The notes: generated by a model not told the origin, from the letters alone. 64,000 nt of DNA from an uncultured Clostridia bacterium (GCA_947626105.1 CANQQY010000002.1:101083-165082), one strand, 5' to 3'; counted from the first letter of the stretch, positions 50,835 to 60,536 are shown. Program-made: numbers and translations.

Positions 50835-52350
50835 CTTCGACCTCCTCTCTCTTGAAGTTGCAGAAGGCTCCCTTCTTCGGGGTGTACGCCATGAGGATCG
50901 CCCAGTTGAACCTGTTGACGATGAGCGCACCGAGCCCCGAGAATACCGACGTCAGGCCGAGCACAAAGGCAAAGGAGCTGAACGGAGGCAGGGCGACAAA
51001 GAAGGTGAAGAAGCCGATGAGCGCAAGCACGATGTGCAGGTCGAAGAGCTTCCACATGCACTTCTTATAACCCGTCTTCACGGAAGACGTCATTGTCTTG
51101 CCGAGCGCATATTCCTTCCGCGCGTTTTCAAACGTGATTGCATCCGAAACGCTGAGGAGCACAGACGTCAGAAGGAACGCCGTGAACGTCTCTGTGCTCA
51201 GCGTCAGGAACGGGATCGCCCAAACGCAGAGGACGGAAGCGCACACAAAGAGCAGGTAGGTATACAGATGCGCAAACGCCAGAAGGCGGTATCTCACAAA
51301 GAAGAACACCAGCATGACGAGCGTGAGCACCGCATAGACGATATAGAGCATCATGAGCGCGTTCTCGCCGTACTGCGCGTGGTGAATGGTTTGATCGGCG
51401 ATCTTGAAGGTAAGATCGGTCGAAACGCTGTTGAGCGTGGTATCGATGAGGATCGAGCGAGTCTTTGCTTCCATCTCGGTCATTGTCGTGCTCGAGATCG
51501 TGAGCGAACTCTCGTCGAGAGGCTGGGACACGCCCATGGGAAGGATCGTGGTATCTCCGATCATGAAGAAGATCGTGAGAGTCGCGTCTTCCGTCGCCCC
51601 TTCCGTTGCGGTGCGAAGCGCAGCCCTGCCCTTCTCCGTAAGTTCGATGGTGACGGCGCTCACCCCGTTCACGCCCGAACGGGTCCCCGCGCTCTTGACA
51701 TAGTCGCTTATGACGTCATCCTTTCTCTCGGTCGCGGGCATGATCTGCGTCGCGGAGGAAGCGTCGCTCCCCGAACCGCTCTTGATGACGAGATCTTCCG
51801 TGTAGGAGAAATACTCAAAGCAGGAAGTGTACGCCTGAGGCGAAGTGTACGCCTGAGGCGCAAAGACGCGGATCGTGTAGTCGTCGAGCACGCTCACGCG
51901 GACGTCCTCTTTGCCGAGGCGCTCAAAGCGCTCCGTGACGAGCTCCGCCGCATTTTGGAAGTCCGCCGCAAACGTTTCATTGGGCTTCCCATCCTCGAGC
52001 TTGATCTTGTCCTTCTCGAAATAGAGAGAACCGACCTTGCCGTACTTTTCCGCGTACTTGGTCTTGTCCGCTTCGTTTTCTTTACCCCCGAGCGTCGCTT
52101 CATACTCCTCCGCGGAGATGACGCCCTCGGGATAGTAGACCACGGAATAACCGCCGCCGAGATATCTTTCGCTCTTGTCGTCTTTTCCGCCGTAAGCCAT
52201 ACCGAGATCCGCGTCTTTATCCGTCATTGAAAGAATGGAATTAAACGTGCTGATATCGCTCACGGGAAAGGACACGAAACATATCAGACATAATCCGGCG
52301 ACCAACAGGGTCATGAGTACCAAACAAATCGCCGATTTTACTTTGCTCAT
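50827..52350 (-). CDS. secD: Protein translocase subunit SecD
   Basis: 507 aa: N-terminal TM, a large periplasmic-type domain and a C-terminal 5-TM bundle. GGAGGAGG lies upstream. Confidence 0.8.
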   Translation of the reverse strand: MSKVKSAICLVLMTLLVAGLCLICFVSFPVSDISTFNSILSMTDKDADLGMAYGGKDDKSERYLGGGYSVVYYPEGVISAEEYEATLGGKENEADKTKYAEKYGKVGSLYFEKDKIKLEDGKPNETFAADFQNAAELVTERFERLGKEDVRVSVLDDYTIRVFAPQAYTSPQAYTSCFEYFSYTEDLVIKSGSGSDASSATQIMPATERKDDVISDYVKSAGTRSGVNGVSAVTIELTEKGRAALRTATEGATEDATLTIFFMIGDTTILPMGVSQPLDESSLTISSTTMTEMEAKTRSILIDTTLNSVSTDLTFKIADQTIHHAQYGENALMMLYIVYAVLTLVMLVFFFVRYRLLAFAHLYTYLLFVCASVLCVWAIPFLTLSTETFTAFLLTSVLLSVSDAITFENARKEYALGKTMTSSVKTGYKKCMWKLFDLHIVLALIGFFTFFVALPPFSSFAFVLGLTSVFSGLGALIVNRFNWAILMAYTPKKGAFCNFKREEVEDE

Positions 52351-52421
52351 TGCCTCCTCCTATCTGAACGCGGGGGGGATCCCCGCAGGAAAATCTCCGA
52401 TCGGAAAAATTCCACTTAACC

Positions 52422-52450
52422 ATTATATATAAAATGCGGGATATCGTCAA
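52422..52450 (-). promoter_or_regulatory. Promoter of secDF
   Basis: Minus strand reads TTGACG, 17 nt, TATAAT. Confidence 0.6.
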
Positions 52451-52482
52451 GCCGAAATACGCGCATTTTCATATTTTTTCGT

Positions 52483-53778
52483 CTAAATTTCTTTTGATTT
52501 GCGTGCAGCGAGCACCCGCATGGCGCACTCGACGCGTTTTTTCATCATCGCGCAGGTGATCTCGTACGGTTTTTCGATGTCGCCGTTGAAGTGATAGTTG
52601 TTCGCGCTGCATCCGCCCGAGCAGATGAACTTCGCAAAACAGTCCTTGCACTTCTCCCGCGTGAACAGACAGCTGTTTGCGAATTTCCCCCTGATCGCGG
52701 GATCGAGCGTCCCTTCGAAGACGTTGCCCATCTTCCATTTGGGATCCCCCGCAAACTGGTGGCAGGGATAGATGTCGCCGCTGGGCACGACGGAGAAATA
52801 TTCGTTCCCCGCGCCGCAGGCGGAGACCCGCTTTTCGAGGCAGGGTCCCCCTTCGAGATCCACATTGAAGTGGAAGAAGTTGAAGCCCTTCCCCTCCTTT
52901 TCGCGCTCGATATAGGCGTCGCAGAGGGCGTCGTACTCCTGTTCGATGACGGGAAGATGCTCCTCTTTGATCTCCAAATCGGGGATCTCCGTGACGACGG
53001 GCTCCACCGAAAGGGAATCGAAGCCCTGATCGGCGAGGAAGAGCACGTCTTTCGAAAAATCGAGATTCTTCGCCGTAAATGTGCCCCGCACATAATAGTG
53101 CTTGTCCCCTCTCGCACGCACGAACTTTTTGATCTTTTCGATCACGGCGTCGAAGCTCCCCTTGCCGTTCACCGTCTTGCGCACTTCGTCGTGCACCTCT
53201 TTTCTGCCGTCGAGGGAAAGGACGACGTTCTCCATCTCCTCGTTGAGGAATCGAATGGTCTCGTCGTCGAGAAGAAGGCCGTTCGTCGTCGTCGTGAAGA
53301 GGAAGCGCTTGCCGCGCTTTGCCGCTTCTTCCTTGGCATAATAGACGGTGCGTTTGACGACGTCGAAGTTCATGAGCGGTTCGCCGCCGAAGAAGTCCAC
53401 TTCGAGCACTTTTCTCTTCCCGCTCTTTTCGAGGAGGAAGTCGATCGCCGCCTTCGCCGTTTCAAAGGACATCATCTCGCGCGCGGCATGGTAGGCGCCC
53501 TCGTCCGCAAAGCAATATTTGCAGCGAAGGTTACAATCGTGACAGATGTGAAGGCAGAGCGCCTTGATCTCCTCCCGCTTGATGGGACGGGCGTCCGTTT
53601 CGGGGGCGTCCAAGAGTCCCTCCGCTTTCAGAGCGGCGATCTCGGCGAGCTCTTCGTCCGTGAGACAAACGGGCTCCCCCCCGAGATACTTCGCCGTGCG
53701 CTCGTCTGCGACGTGCAGACTGCCGCTGCCCGTGTCGTAAACGTAATAATCGTCGTGGTATTGAAAAACGTGTATCAT
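52483..53778 (-). CDS. scfB: Radical SAM/SPASM thioether-forming SCIFF peptide maturase
   Basis: CHDCNLRCKYCF radical SAM motif, C-terminal SPASM cysteines (CGAGNEY..; CKDCFAKFICSGGC), and position directly downstream of a SCIFF precursor. Confidence 0.85.
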   Translation of the reverse strand: MIHVFQYHDDYYVYDTGSGSLHVADERTAKYLGGEPVCLTDEELAEIAALKAEGLLDAPETDARPIKREEIKALCLHICHDCNLRCKYCFADEGAYHAAREMMSFETAKAAIDFLLEKSGKRKVLEVDFFGGEPLMNFDVVKRTVYYAKEEAAKRGKRFLFTTTTNGLLLDDETIRFLNEEMENVVLSLDGRKEVHDEVRKTVNGKGSFDAVIEKIKKFVRARGDKHYYVRGTFTAKNLDFSKDVLFLADQGFDSLSVEPVVTEIPDLEIKEEHLPVIEQEYDALCDAYIEREKEGKGFNFFHFNVDLEGGPCLEKRVSACGAGNEYFSVVPSGDIYPCHQFAGDPKWKMGNVFEGTLDPAIRGKFANSCLFTREKCKDCFAKFICSGGCSANNYHFNGDIEKPYEITCAMMKKRVECAMRVLAARKSKEI

Positions 53779-53792
53779 GAGAACATACAGGA

Positions 53793-53819
53793 AAAAAGCG
53801 ACGCGACGCGCCGCTTTTC
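53793..53819 (-). terminator. Attenuator-type hairpin between the SCIFF precursor and the maturase
   Basis: Minus strand reads AAGCGGCGC-GTC-GCGTCGCTT-TTTT (one G-U pair). Confidence 0.5.
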
Positions 53820-53835
53820 AATTTTCGCGTAAGAT

Positions 53836-53991
53836 TTACTTCTGCCCGTCGATCTTCTGTTCCCTCGTAATGCGCTCGCAGGACTGGTTCCCAACCGTGC
53901 AGCTGGTCTTGCAGGCGGATTGGCAGGTGCTTCTGCACTCACCGCAGCCGGTGATCTTTTTTTCCTGGGGCTTTGCAATCGTCTTGATCAT
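53836..53991 (-). CDS. scfA: SCIFF (six cysteines in forty-five residues) ranthipeptide precursor, 51 aa
   Basis: Not in the ORF track. Translation MIKTIAKPQEKKITGCGECRSTCQSACKTSCTVGNQSCERITREQKIDGQK carries the family core GCGEC..SCQSACKTSCTVGNQ.CE. GGGAG lies 6 nt upstream of the ATG. Confidence 0.9.
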   Translation of the reverse strand: MIKTIAKPQEKKITGCGECRSTCQSACKTSCTVGNQSCERITREQKIDGQK

Positions 53992-54017
53992 AACAATCTC
54001 CCGTAAGGTTTTTTCTT

Positions 54018-54046
54018 ATTATACACCGCCGCGGGAAAATTTGCAA
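54018..54046 (-). promoter_or_regulatory. Promoter of the SCIFF operon
   Basis: Minus strand reads TTGCAA, 17 nt, TATAAT. Confidence 0.55.
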
Positions 54047-54054
54047 GTATTTTT

Positions 54055-54432
54055 TTACGCTTTGCGCAATTTTGCGCCGAGAAGTGCGCCCGCGCCCCCG
54101 AGGATCCCGCAGACGACGAGTTCGAGCAAAAAGAAAGCGTCGAAGTGCCACCCGCCGATGAAGGAAAAGAGAATGAGCGCGAGGACCGCATACAGCACGC
54201 CCGCGCCGACTCCTTTCAGCAGCGCGCGTTCCCCCTTGATGAAGATACAGGAAGAGAGAAACGCCGCAACGCACTTGACGCACCAATTCACCGCCGTGAC
54301 GACCGTCTCGGGCGGGAGAAAGACCTTCACGAAGATCGCCGCGACCGAGAGCGCGAACAGCGAAAAGAGCGCGGCGGCAAACGCCGCAATGAGAAGCTGT
54401 ACCGCCGTCCCCTTCCAAAAACCTTTTTCCAT
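54055..54432 (-). CDS. TIGR04086-family small membrane protein
   Basis: Four TM spans and the usual yajC-SCIFF neighbourhood. Start ATG 54432 follows GGAGG plus 6 nt. Confidence 0.6.
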   Translation of the reverse strand: MEKGFWKGTAVQLLIAAFAAALFSLFALSVAAIFVKVFLPPETVVTAVNWCVKCVAAFLSSCIFIKGERALLKGVGAGVLYAVLALILFSFIGGWHFDAFFLLELVVCGILGGAGALLGAKLRKA

Positions 54433-54481
54433 AAAAAACCTCCGCACACCGTAAGGTATGCGGAGAGAGAACGCATTATGC

Positions 54482-55093
54482 TCAATCTTTCGTTTCTTCC
54501 CTTTGGGCTCCGTCCGCCCTTTCGGGCGCGGCTTCCTCGGGCTTTTCGGGCGCTTCGGAAGGCTCGGAGGTCTCGGGCGTTTCGGGCGCGGGATCCTCTT
54601 TGGCGGCGAGTTTTGCCTCTTTCTCCGCCTTCCTTCTCAATTCCGCCTCCTCGCGCGCAAGCTGGGTGGGGCCCTTGGCGTCCGTCTCGAAGATGCACTC
54701 CTTCATGAGCTTGAAGTGAGATTTTCCCGAGGCTTCGCTGCCCGTCTCGATGATGACGGTATTGTCGTCGCAGACTTCCACGACGATCCCGCAGAGCCCG
54801 CCGCGGGACTTCACCTTGTTCCCGGGTCTGATCGCGTCGATCTGCTCGACATATTCTTTGTCCCTCGCGCGGTTCTTTCTTCCGGAGAGAAAGAGCCAGC
54901 CGATGATGAGCACAAAGAGCGCGACGACCACGATGGTCAGCGGCCAGTTAAAGGTCGAACCGCCGCCGTCCTTGTTCTGATCGTTGGTTTGGTTGTCTGT
55001 GGGCTGTTCGGTTTGTTCGCCCTCGGCGGTTTCCGCCCCGAGGAGCTCCGCGCCGTGGACAAGTTCATAGGTTTCGGATACTTGTAATCTCAT
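54482..55093 (-). CDS. yajC: Preprotein translocase subunit YajC with long N- and C-terminal tails
   Basis: Core LFVLIIGWLFLSGRKNRARDKEYVEQIDAIRPGNKVKSRGGLCGIVVEV. AAGGAGA lies upstream. Confidence 0.8.
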   Translation of the reverse strand: MRLQVSETYELVHGAELLGAETAEGEQTEQPTDNQTNDQNKDGGGSTFNWPLTIVVVALFVLIIGWLFLSGRKNRARDKEYVEQIDAIRPGNKVKSRGGLCGIVVEVCDDNTVIIETGSEASGKSHFKLMKECIFETDAKGPTQLAREEAELRRKAEKEAKLAAKEDPAPETPETSEPSEAPEKPEEAAPERADGAQREETKD

Positions 55094-55194
55094 TCAGTTC
55101 TCCTTATTTCCCCTCTATCATACTATATCGAAGGCATTTTTGGCAAGCGATTTACAATGCCTTTTTTGCCTTTCACGCGAATTTCATGCGCGGA

Positions 55195-56349
<1,155 letters not shown>

Positions 56350-56845
56350 TTATTTCGCTAATTTCTTTGCTCGTCCGCGCGTAAGGCCTACCCCTTGGGG
56401 TGGAGGCTCCCTAGGAGGAACCATGCCCCCTCCTGAGGAGGGGGAGAGGGGGGTGGGCAAGACCTGCCCCTGTTTACGGGGGCGGGTGGCGCGCAAAGCG
56501 CGTCAGGTGGGGGTTTCTTGCTTCCCCTCTTAGGGAAAATTTTGCACTTCTGCCAAAGATTGATAATCTTTGGCGCAAAATTTTCTTGGCATTTGCCCAT
56601 TTGTTCGGGCAAATGCTGACCGAACGCGGGTCTCTACCCGCGTGAGACAGTACCCGCGCAGCGGGGGATAGGGTTTCAAAACCCCTCTGTCACTCACTGC
56701 GTTCGTGACATCTCCCCTAAGAGGGGCGACTAGATCCTCTGTCACTCACTGCGTTCGTGACAGCTCCCCTACAAGGGGCGACAAGATCCTCTGTTGCTCA
56801 CTACGTTCGCGACAGCTCCCCTACAAGGGGCGCCGAGGGGGGCTC
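56350..56845. repeat. Intergenic mosaic repeat cluster R10
   Basis: Degenerate D end, family F and G units, family E unit, then three 52-nt tandem family A units reaching to within about 12 nt of the queA stop. Confidence 0.85.
56517..56674 (+). repeat. Family E unit, left arm of an inverted pair flanking queA
   Basis: Its reverse complement matches 58643-58800 at 157 of 158 positions (hand alignment). Internal hairpins: GCCAAAGATTGATAATCTTTGGC, GCATTTGCCC..GGGCAAATGC and CGCGGGTCTCTACCCGCG. Confidence 0.9.
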
Positions 56846-56856
56846 CATGTCGCCGC

Positions 56857-57876
56857 TTAAAGGAACAGGCACGCGTCGCCGAACGAGAAGAAACGGTATC
56901 TCTCTTTTACGGCGATCTCGTAGACGGACAAAATTTCCTCGCGGGAGCAGAGGCAGCTCACGAGCATTAAAAGCGTGCTCTCGGGAAGGTGGAAATTGGT
57001 GATGAGCGCATCCACGCACTTCATCTTATAGGGCGGATAGATAAAGATGGAAGTATCGCCGCTGCCCGCCTGTACGGTGCCGTCGTCGCGGGCGACCGTC
57101 TCGAGCGTGCGCACCGAGGTCGTTCCCACGCAAATGACCCGTCTCCCCTCCCGCTTTGCCGCGTTGATCGTCTCCGCCGCCTCCGCGCTCACCTCATAGT
57201 ATTCGCTGTGCATGACGTGCTTTTCGACGTCGTCCACTTTGACGGGGCGGAAGGTGCCGAGCCCCACATGGAGAAGCACTTCGACGATCTCGACCCCCAT
57301 CGCGCGGATCTTATCGAGAAGTTCGGGCGTGAAATGGAGCCCTGCGGTGGGAGCCGCCGCCGAACCGTTTTCACGGGAATAGACCGTCTGATAACGTTCG
57401 GGATCCTTTAATTTTTCATGGATATAGGGCGGAAGAGGCATGGCGCCGACACGGGAGAGGATCTCCTCAAACGCGCCTTCGTAAAAAAACCGTACATGCC
57501 GCTCGCCCGATTCGGTGACGGAGAGCACTTCGAGCGAAAGTTCCCCGTTTACAGTCAATTTCGTTCCCGGGCGGCACTTCTTCCCGGGGCGGACGAGGAC
57601 TTCCCATGTGTCGAGCTCCAAACGTTTTAAGAGCAGGATCTCGACTTTTCCGCCGTTTTCCGTCTTGGCGAAGAGGCGGGCGGGAAGCACGCGCGTGCGG
57701 TTGACGACGAGCACGTCCCCTTTTTTGAGGTAATCGGTGACATCGCGGAAAATGCGGTGGTCGATGCGTTTTGTGTCCCGATGATAGACGAGAAGCCTCG
57801 CGCTGTCCCGCGGGTTTGCGGGCGTCTGGGCGATGAGTTCTTCGGGCAGTTCATAATAAAAATCGGAGGTTTTCAT
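56857..57876 (-). CDS. queA: S-adenosylmethionine:tRNA ribosyltransferase-isomerase
   Basis: [20 protein letters not shown]-terminus; 339 aa. Confidence 0.9.
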   Translation of the reverse strand: MKTSDFYYELPEELIAQTPANPRDSARLLVYHRDTKRIDHRIFRDVTDYLKKGDVLVVNRTRVLPARLFAKTENGGKVEILLLKRLELDTWEVLVRPGKKCRPGTKLTVNGELSLEVLSVTESGERHVRFFYEGAFEEILSRVGAMPLPPYIHEKLKDPERYQTVYSRENGSAAAPTAGLHFTPELLDKIRAMGVEIVEVLLHVGLGTFRPVKVDDVEKHVMHSEYYEVSAEAAETINAAKREGRRVICVGTTSVRTLETVARDDGTVQAGSGDTSIFIYPPYKMKCVDALITNFHLPESTLLMLVSCLCSREEILSVYEIAVKERYRFFSFGDACLFL

Positions 57877-57886
57877 AGGAGAAGTT

Positions 57887-58063
57887 GTTTCGCTCGATTT
57901 CTTTGCTGCGCAAAGAAATACGAGCGAGGGGTTAAGTTTTTTGCGTTGTAATTACAATTCGGCCGCCCCTTTTCTGTTTCACAGGACAGTAAGCCGAAGG
58001 GGTTCGGCAAATTGAGTCGCCCACGGCGGAAGTGAATTCCGCCTAAGGCTAGTAATTTCAAAC
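57887..58063 (-). repeat. Family D multi-hairpin element, copy D6
   Basis: GTTTCGCTCGATTTCTTTGCTGCGCAAAGAAATACGAGCGAGGGGTTAAG ... GCCGAAGGGGTTCGGCAAATTGAG ... GGCGGAAGTGAATTCCGCC ... AGTAATTTCAAAC. Confidence 0.85.
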
Positions 58064-58065
58064 TT

Positions 58066-58294
58066 GTTTCGCTCGATTTCTTTGCTGCGCAAAGAAATAC
58101 GAGCGAGGGGTTAGTTCTTTTGCCTTGTAAAAGCAATTCGGCCACCCCTTTTCTGTTTCACACGACATGAAGCCGAAGGGGTTCGGCAAATTGAGTCGCC
58201 CTACTTCGCCCTGCGGGCTCGTGCCGCGCTTAGTGCAATAGAATGCGCGCGGGGCGGCGGAAGTGAATTCCGCCTAAGGCAAGTTATTTGGAAC
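58066..58294 (-). repeat. Family D multi-hairpin element, copy D7 (with an insertion of about 60 nt)
   Basis: Same ends as D6. Extra segment around 58198-58256 (GCCCTACTTCGCCCTGCGGGCTCGTGCCGCGCTTAGTGCAATAGAATGCGCGCGGGGC). Confidence 0.85.
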
Positions 58295-58296
58295 TT

Positions 58297-58467
58297 GTTT
58301 CGCTCGATTTCTTTGCTGCGCAAAGAAATACGAGCGAGGGGTTAAGTTTTTTGCGTTGTAATTCGGCCGCCCCTTTTCTGTTTCACAGAACATTAAACCG
58401 AAGGGGTTCGGCAAATTGAGTGCGCTGCCGCAAAAGCGTGGTTTTGCTTCGCGCAGTGATTTAGAAC
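58297..58467 (-). repeat. Family D multi-hairpin element, copy D8
   Basis: Same 5' stem as D6/D7. The distal hairpin is of the TGCGCTGCCGCAAAAGCGTGGTTTTGCTTCGCGCA type, as in D1/D2. It ends with GTGATTTAGAAC. Confidence 0.85.
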
Positions 58468-58642
58468 AGAGTCCACCCTTGTCGCCCCTCTTAGGGGAGA
58501 TGTCACGAACGCAGTGAGTGACAGAGGATTCTTGTCGCCCCTCTTAGGGGAGATGTCACGAACGCAGTGAGTGACAGAGGGGTTTCCGAAACCCCTTTCC
58601 CCTCACTTTGTTCGGGGACTTCCCCTAAGAGGGGCAGCGAGG

Positions 58643-58800
58643 ACCCTATCCCCCGCTACGCGGGTACTGTCTCACGCGGGTAGAGACCCGCGTTCGGTCA
58701 GCATTTGCCCGAACAAATGGGCAAATGCCAAGAAAATTTTGCGCCAAAGATTATCAATCTTTGGCAGAAGTGCAAAATTTTCCCTAAGAGGGGAAGCAAG
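58643..58800 (-). repeat. Family E unit, right arm of the inverted pair flanking queA
   Basis: See 56517-56674. Track ORFs 56388..56612(-) and 58705..60000(+) share an identical 32-aa N-terminus because of this repeat. Confidence 0.9.
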
Positions 58801-58845
58801 ATAAGCCTTTGCCCTGCGGGTAAAAGGGGAAGCAAGGCGAGCATC

Positions 58846-59892
58846 CTATTCATCGAACACAGAGAGCTGTTTTTTGACGGATTCGGGCATCTTTATGCCC
58901 ATGTGTTCATAGCCGCCTTTCAGGCAGATCCTGCCGCGGGGCGTGCGGGCGATAAAACCGAGCTGGATAAGGTAAGGCTCGTAGACGTCGAGAATGGTGT
59001 TGACGTCCTCGTTGATCGTCGCGGCGAGCGTATCCAGCCCCGCGGGCCCGCCGTTGAATTTTTCAATCAAGGCGCGAAGCAGATTTCTGTCCGTCTCGTC
59101 GAGCCCGAGCCCGTCGATCTCCATTTTGCGGAGCGCGCTGTCCGCGTCCTCTACCGTGATCGCACTGCTCCCGCGCACGGCGGAAAAGTCGCGCACCCTC
59201 TTCAAAAGCCTGTTCGCGATACGGGGAGTCCCGCGGCTGCGGCGGGCGATCTCGTAGCTTCCGCCTTCCTCGACGGAGATCCCGAGCGTCTTTGCCGAAC
59301 GCGCAACGATCTTTTGGAGCTCCGAAGGGGTATACATGTCGAGGCGGCACATGATGCCGAACCTGTCGCGCAGGGGGCTCGAAAGCATGCCCGCCCGCGT
59401 CGTCGCCCCGATCAGGGTGAACCGTTTGAGGGGGAGGCGGATATTCCGCGCCATGGGTCCCTTCCCCACGATGATATCGAGGGCGTAATCCTCCATGGCG
59501 GAATAGAGCGTTTCCTCCACCGTGCGGTTGAGGCGGTGGATCTCATCGATAAAGAGGACGTCGCCCTCGTTCAGATTGGAGAGAATGGCGGCGAGATCCC
59601 CCTGCCGCTCAATGGCGGGTCCCGAAGTCAGTTTGATCTGCGCGCCCATGGTGTTTGCAATGATGTGCGCGAGCGTCGTCTTTCCGAGCCCCGGGGGGCC
59701 GTACAGGAGAACGTGGTCGAGCGCCTCGCCGCGCTGCTTTGCCGCCGCCATGTAGACTTTGAGGTTCTCCTTGACCTTATCCTGCCCGACGTAATCTTCG
59801 AGCGTCCGCGGGCGGAGAAGGTTTTCCTCCATGTCGTATTCATTTTTTTCGCCGGAGAGGAACCGCTCCCCGCCGAATTCTTCATCAAACAT
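58846..59892 (-). CDS. ruvB: Holliday junction branch migration helicase RuvB
   Basis: [14 protein letters not shown] Walker [11 protein letters not shown] Walker B; 348 aa. Confidence 0.95.
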   Translation of the reverse strand: MFDEEFGGERFLSGEKNEYDMEENLLRPRTLEDYVGQDKVKENLKVYMAAAKQRGEALDHVLLYGPPGLGKTTLAHIIANTMGAQIKLTSGPAIERQGDLAAILSNLNEGDVLFIDEIHRLNRTVEETLYSAMEDYALDIIVGKGPMARNIRLPLKRFTLIGATTRAGMLSSPLRDRFGIMCRLDMYTPSELQKIVARSAKTLGISVEEGGSYEIARRSRGTPRIANRLLKRVRDFSAVRGSSAITVEDADSALRKMEIDGLGLDETDRNLLRALIEKFNGGPAGLDTLAATINEDVNTILDVYEPYLIQLGFIARTPRGRICLKGGYEHMGIKMPESVKKQLSVFDE

Positions 59893-59902
59893 ATGTCACT
59901 CC

Positions 59903-60505
59903 TCACATGCCTTTCAGGGCGGCGGCAAGGATCTCCTCGACGCTCTTCGCGCCGCCGCCGCGGGCGCGCTCGACGGCACGGACGCTCTCCTGCCGCGTAA
60001 ATCCCAGCCCCATCAGCGCGGAGACCGCCTCGTCGTCCGAGGGATCTGCGGGCACGGACGCCCTGACCCCCCCGCCGTCTGCGCCGAGAAGTTCGTCCGC
60101 GGAGATCTTTCCGTGAAGTTCCAAGATGATGCGTTCCGCCGTCTTTTTGCCGAGCCCCTTGACGGCGCACAGCCGCTTGCTGTCTGCGGAGGCGATCGCC
60201 TCGGAGACCTCCGAGGGGCGCATGGAGGAGAGCACGCTCATCGCAAGCCTTGCCCCGACGCCCTGCACGGACGTGAGCCGTAAAAAGAGCGCCTTCTCCT
60301 GCGGATCCGCAAAGCCGAAGAGAGTAACGTCGTCCTCCGACACTTTGAGATAGGTATACACCTCTCCCTCTTCCCCTTTGGGAACGCCCGAGAGGCGGGA
60401 AAACGCCGCGCCCGAGCATATGACTTCATATCCCACCCCGCCCACTTCGACGAGCACGTACGATGGATCCAGATATTTTACCGTTCCTTTCAAGTAACCG
60501 ATCAT
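59903..60505 (-). CDS. ruvA: Holliday junction branch migration complex subunit RuvA
   Basis: MIGYLKGTV... followed by the HhH segment VQGVGARLA. Confidence 0.9.
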   Translation of the reverse strand: MIGYLKGTVKYLDPSYVLVEVGGVGYEVICSGAAFSRLSGVPKGEEGEVYTYLKVSEDDVTLFGFADPQEKALFLRLTSVQGVGARLAMSVLSSMRPSEVSEAIASADSKRLCAVKGLGKKTAERIILELHGKISADELLGADGGGVRASVPADPSDDEAVSALMGLGFTRQESVRAVERARGGGAKSVEEILAAALKGM

Positions 60506-60536
60506 AGAAAACTCCTTACTTTTTCGGCGGGAAAAT

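Larger units (their letters stand above)
57887..58840. repeat. Intergenic mosaic repeat cluster R11 (largest)
   Basis: Three tandem family D copies, two 53-nt family A units, a GGGGTTTCCGAAACCCC module and the right family E arm. It fills the whole queA-ruvB spacer. Confidence 0.9.

Noticed and set aside
56685-56834. Possible CRISPR array, because of the regular 52-53 nt periodicity (also 58478-58580).
   Set aside because: The units are contiguous with no unique spacers. There are only 2-3 copies and no cas genes in the window. The same unit is scattered singly through other intergenic regions.
58705-60000. 431-aa plus-strand ORF, and 56388..56612 (-), which share the N-terminus MPEQMGKCQENFAPKIINLWQKCKIFPKRGSK.
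   Set aside because: The shared peptide is simply the 158-nt family E inverted repeat read in one frame. The long ORF then continues antisense through ruvB. No Shine-Dalgarno site, and the composition is not protein-like.
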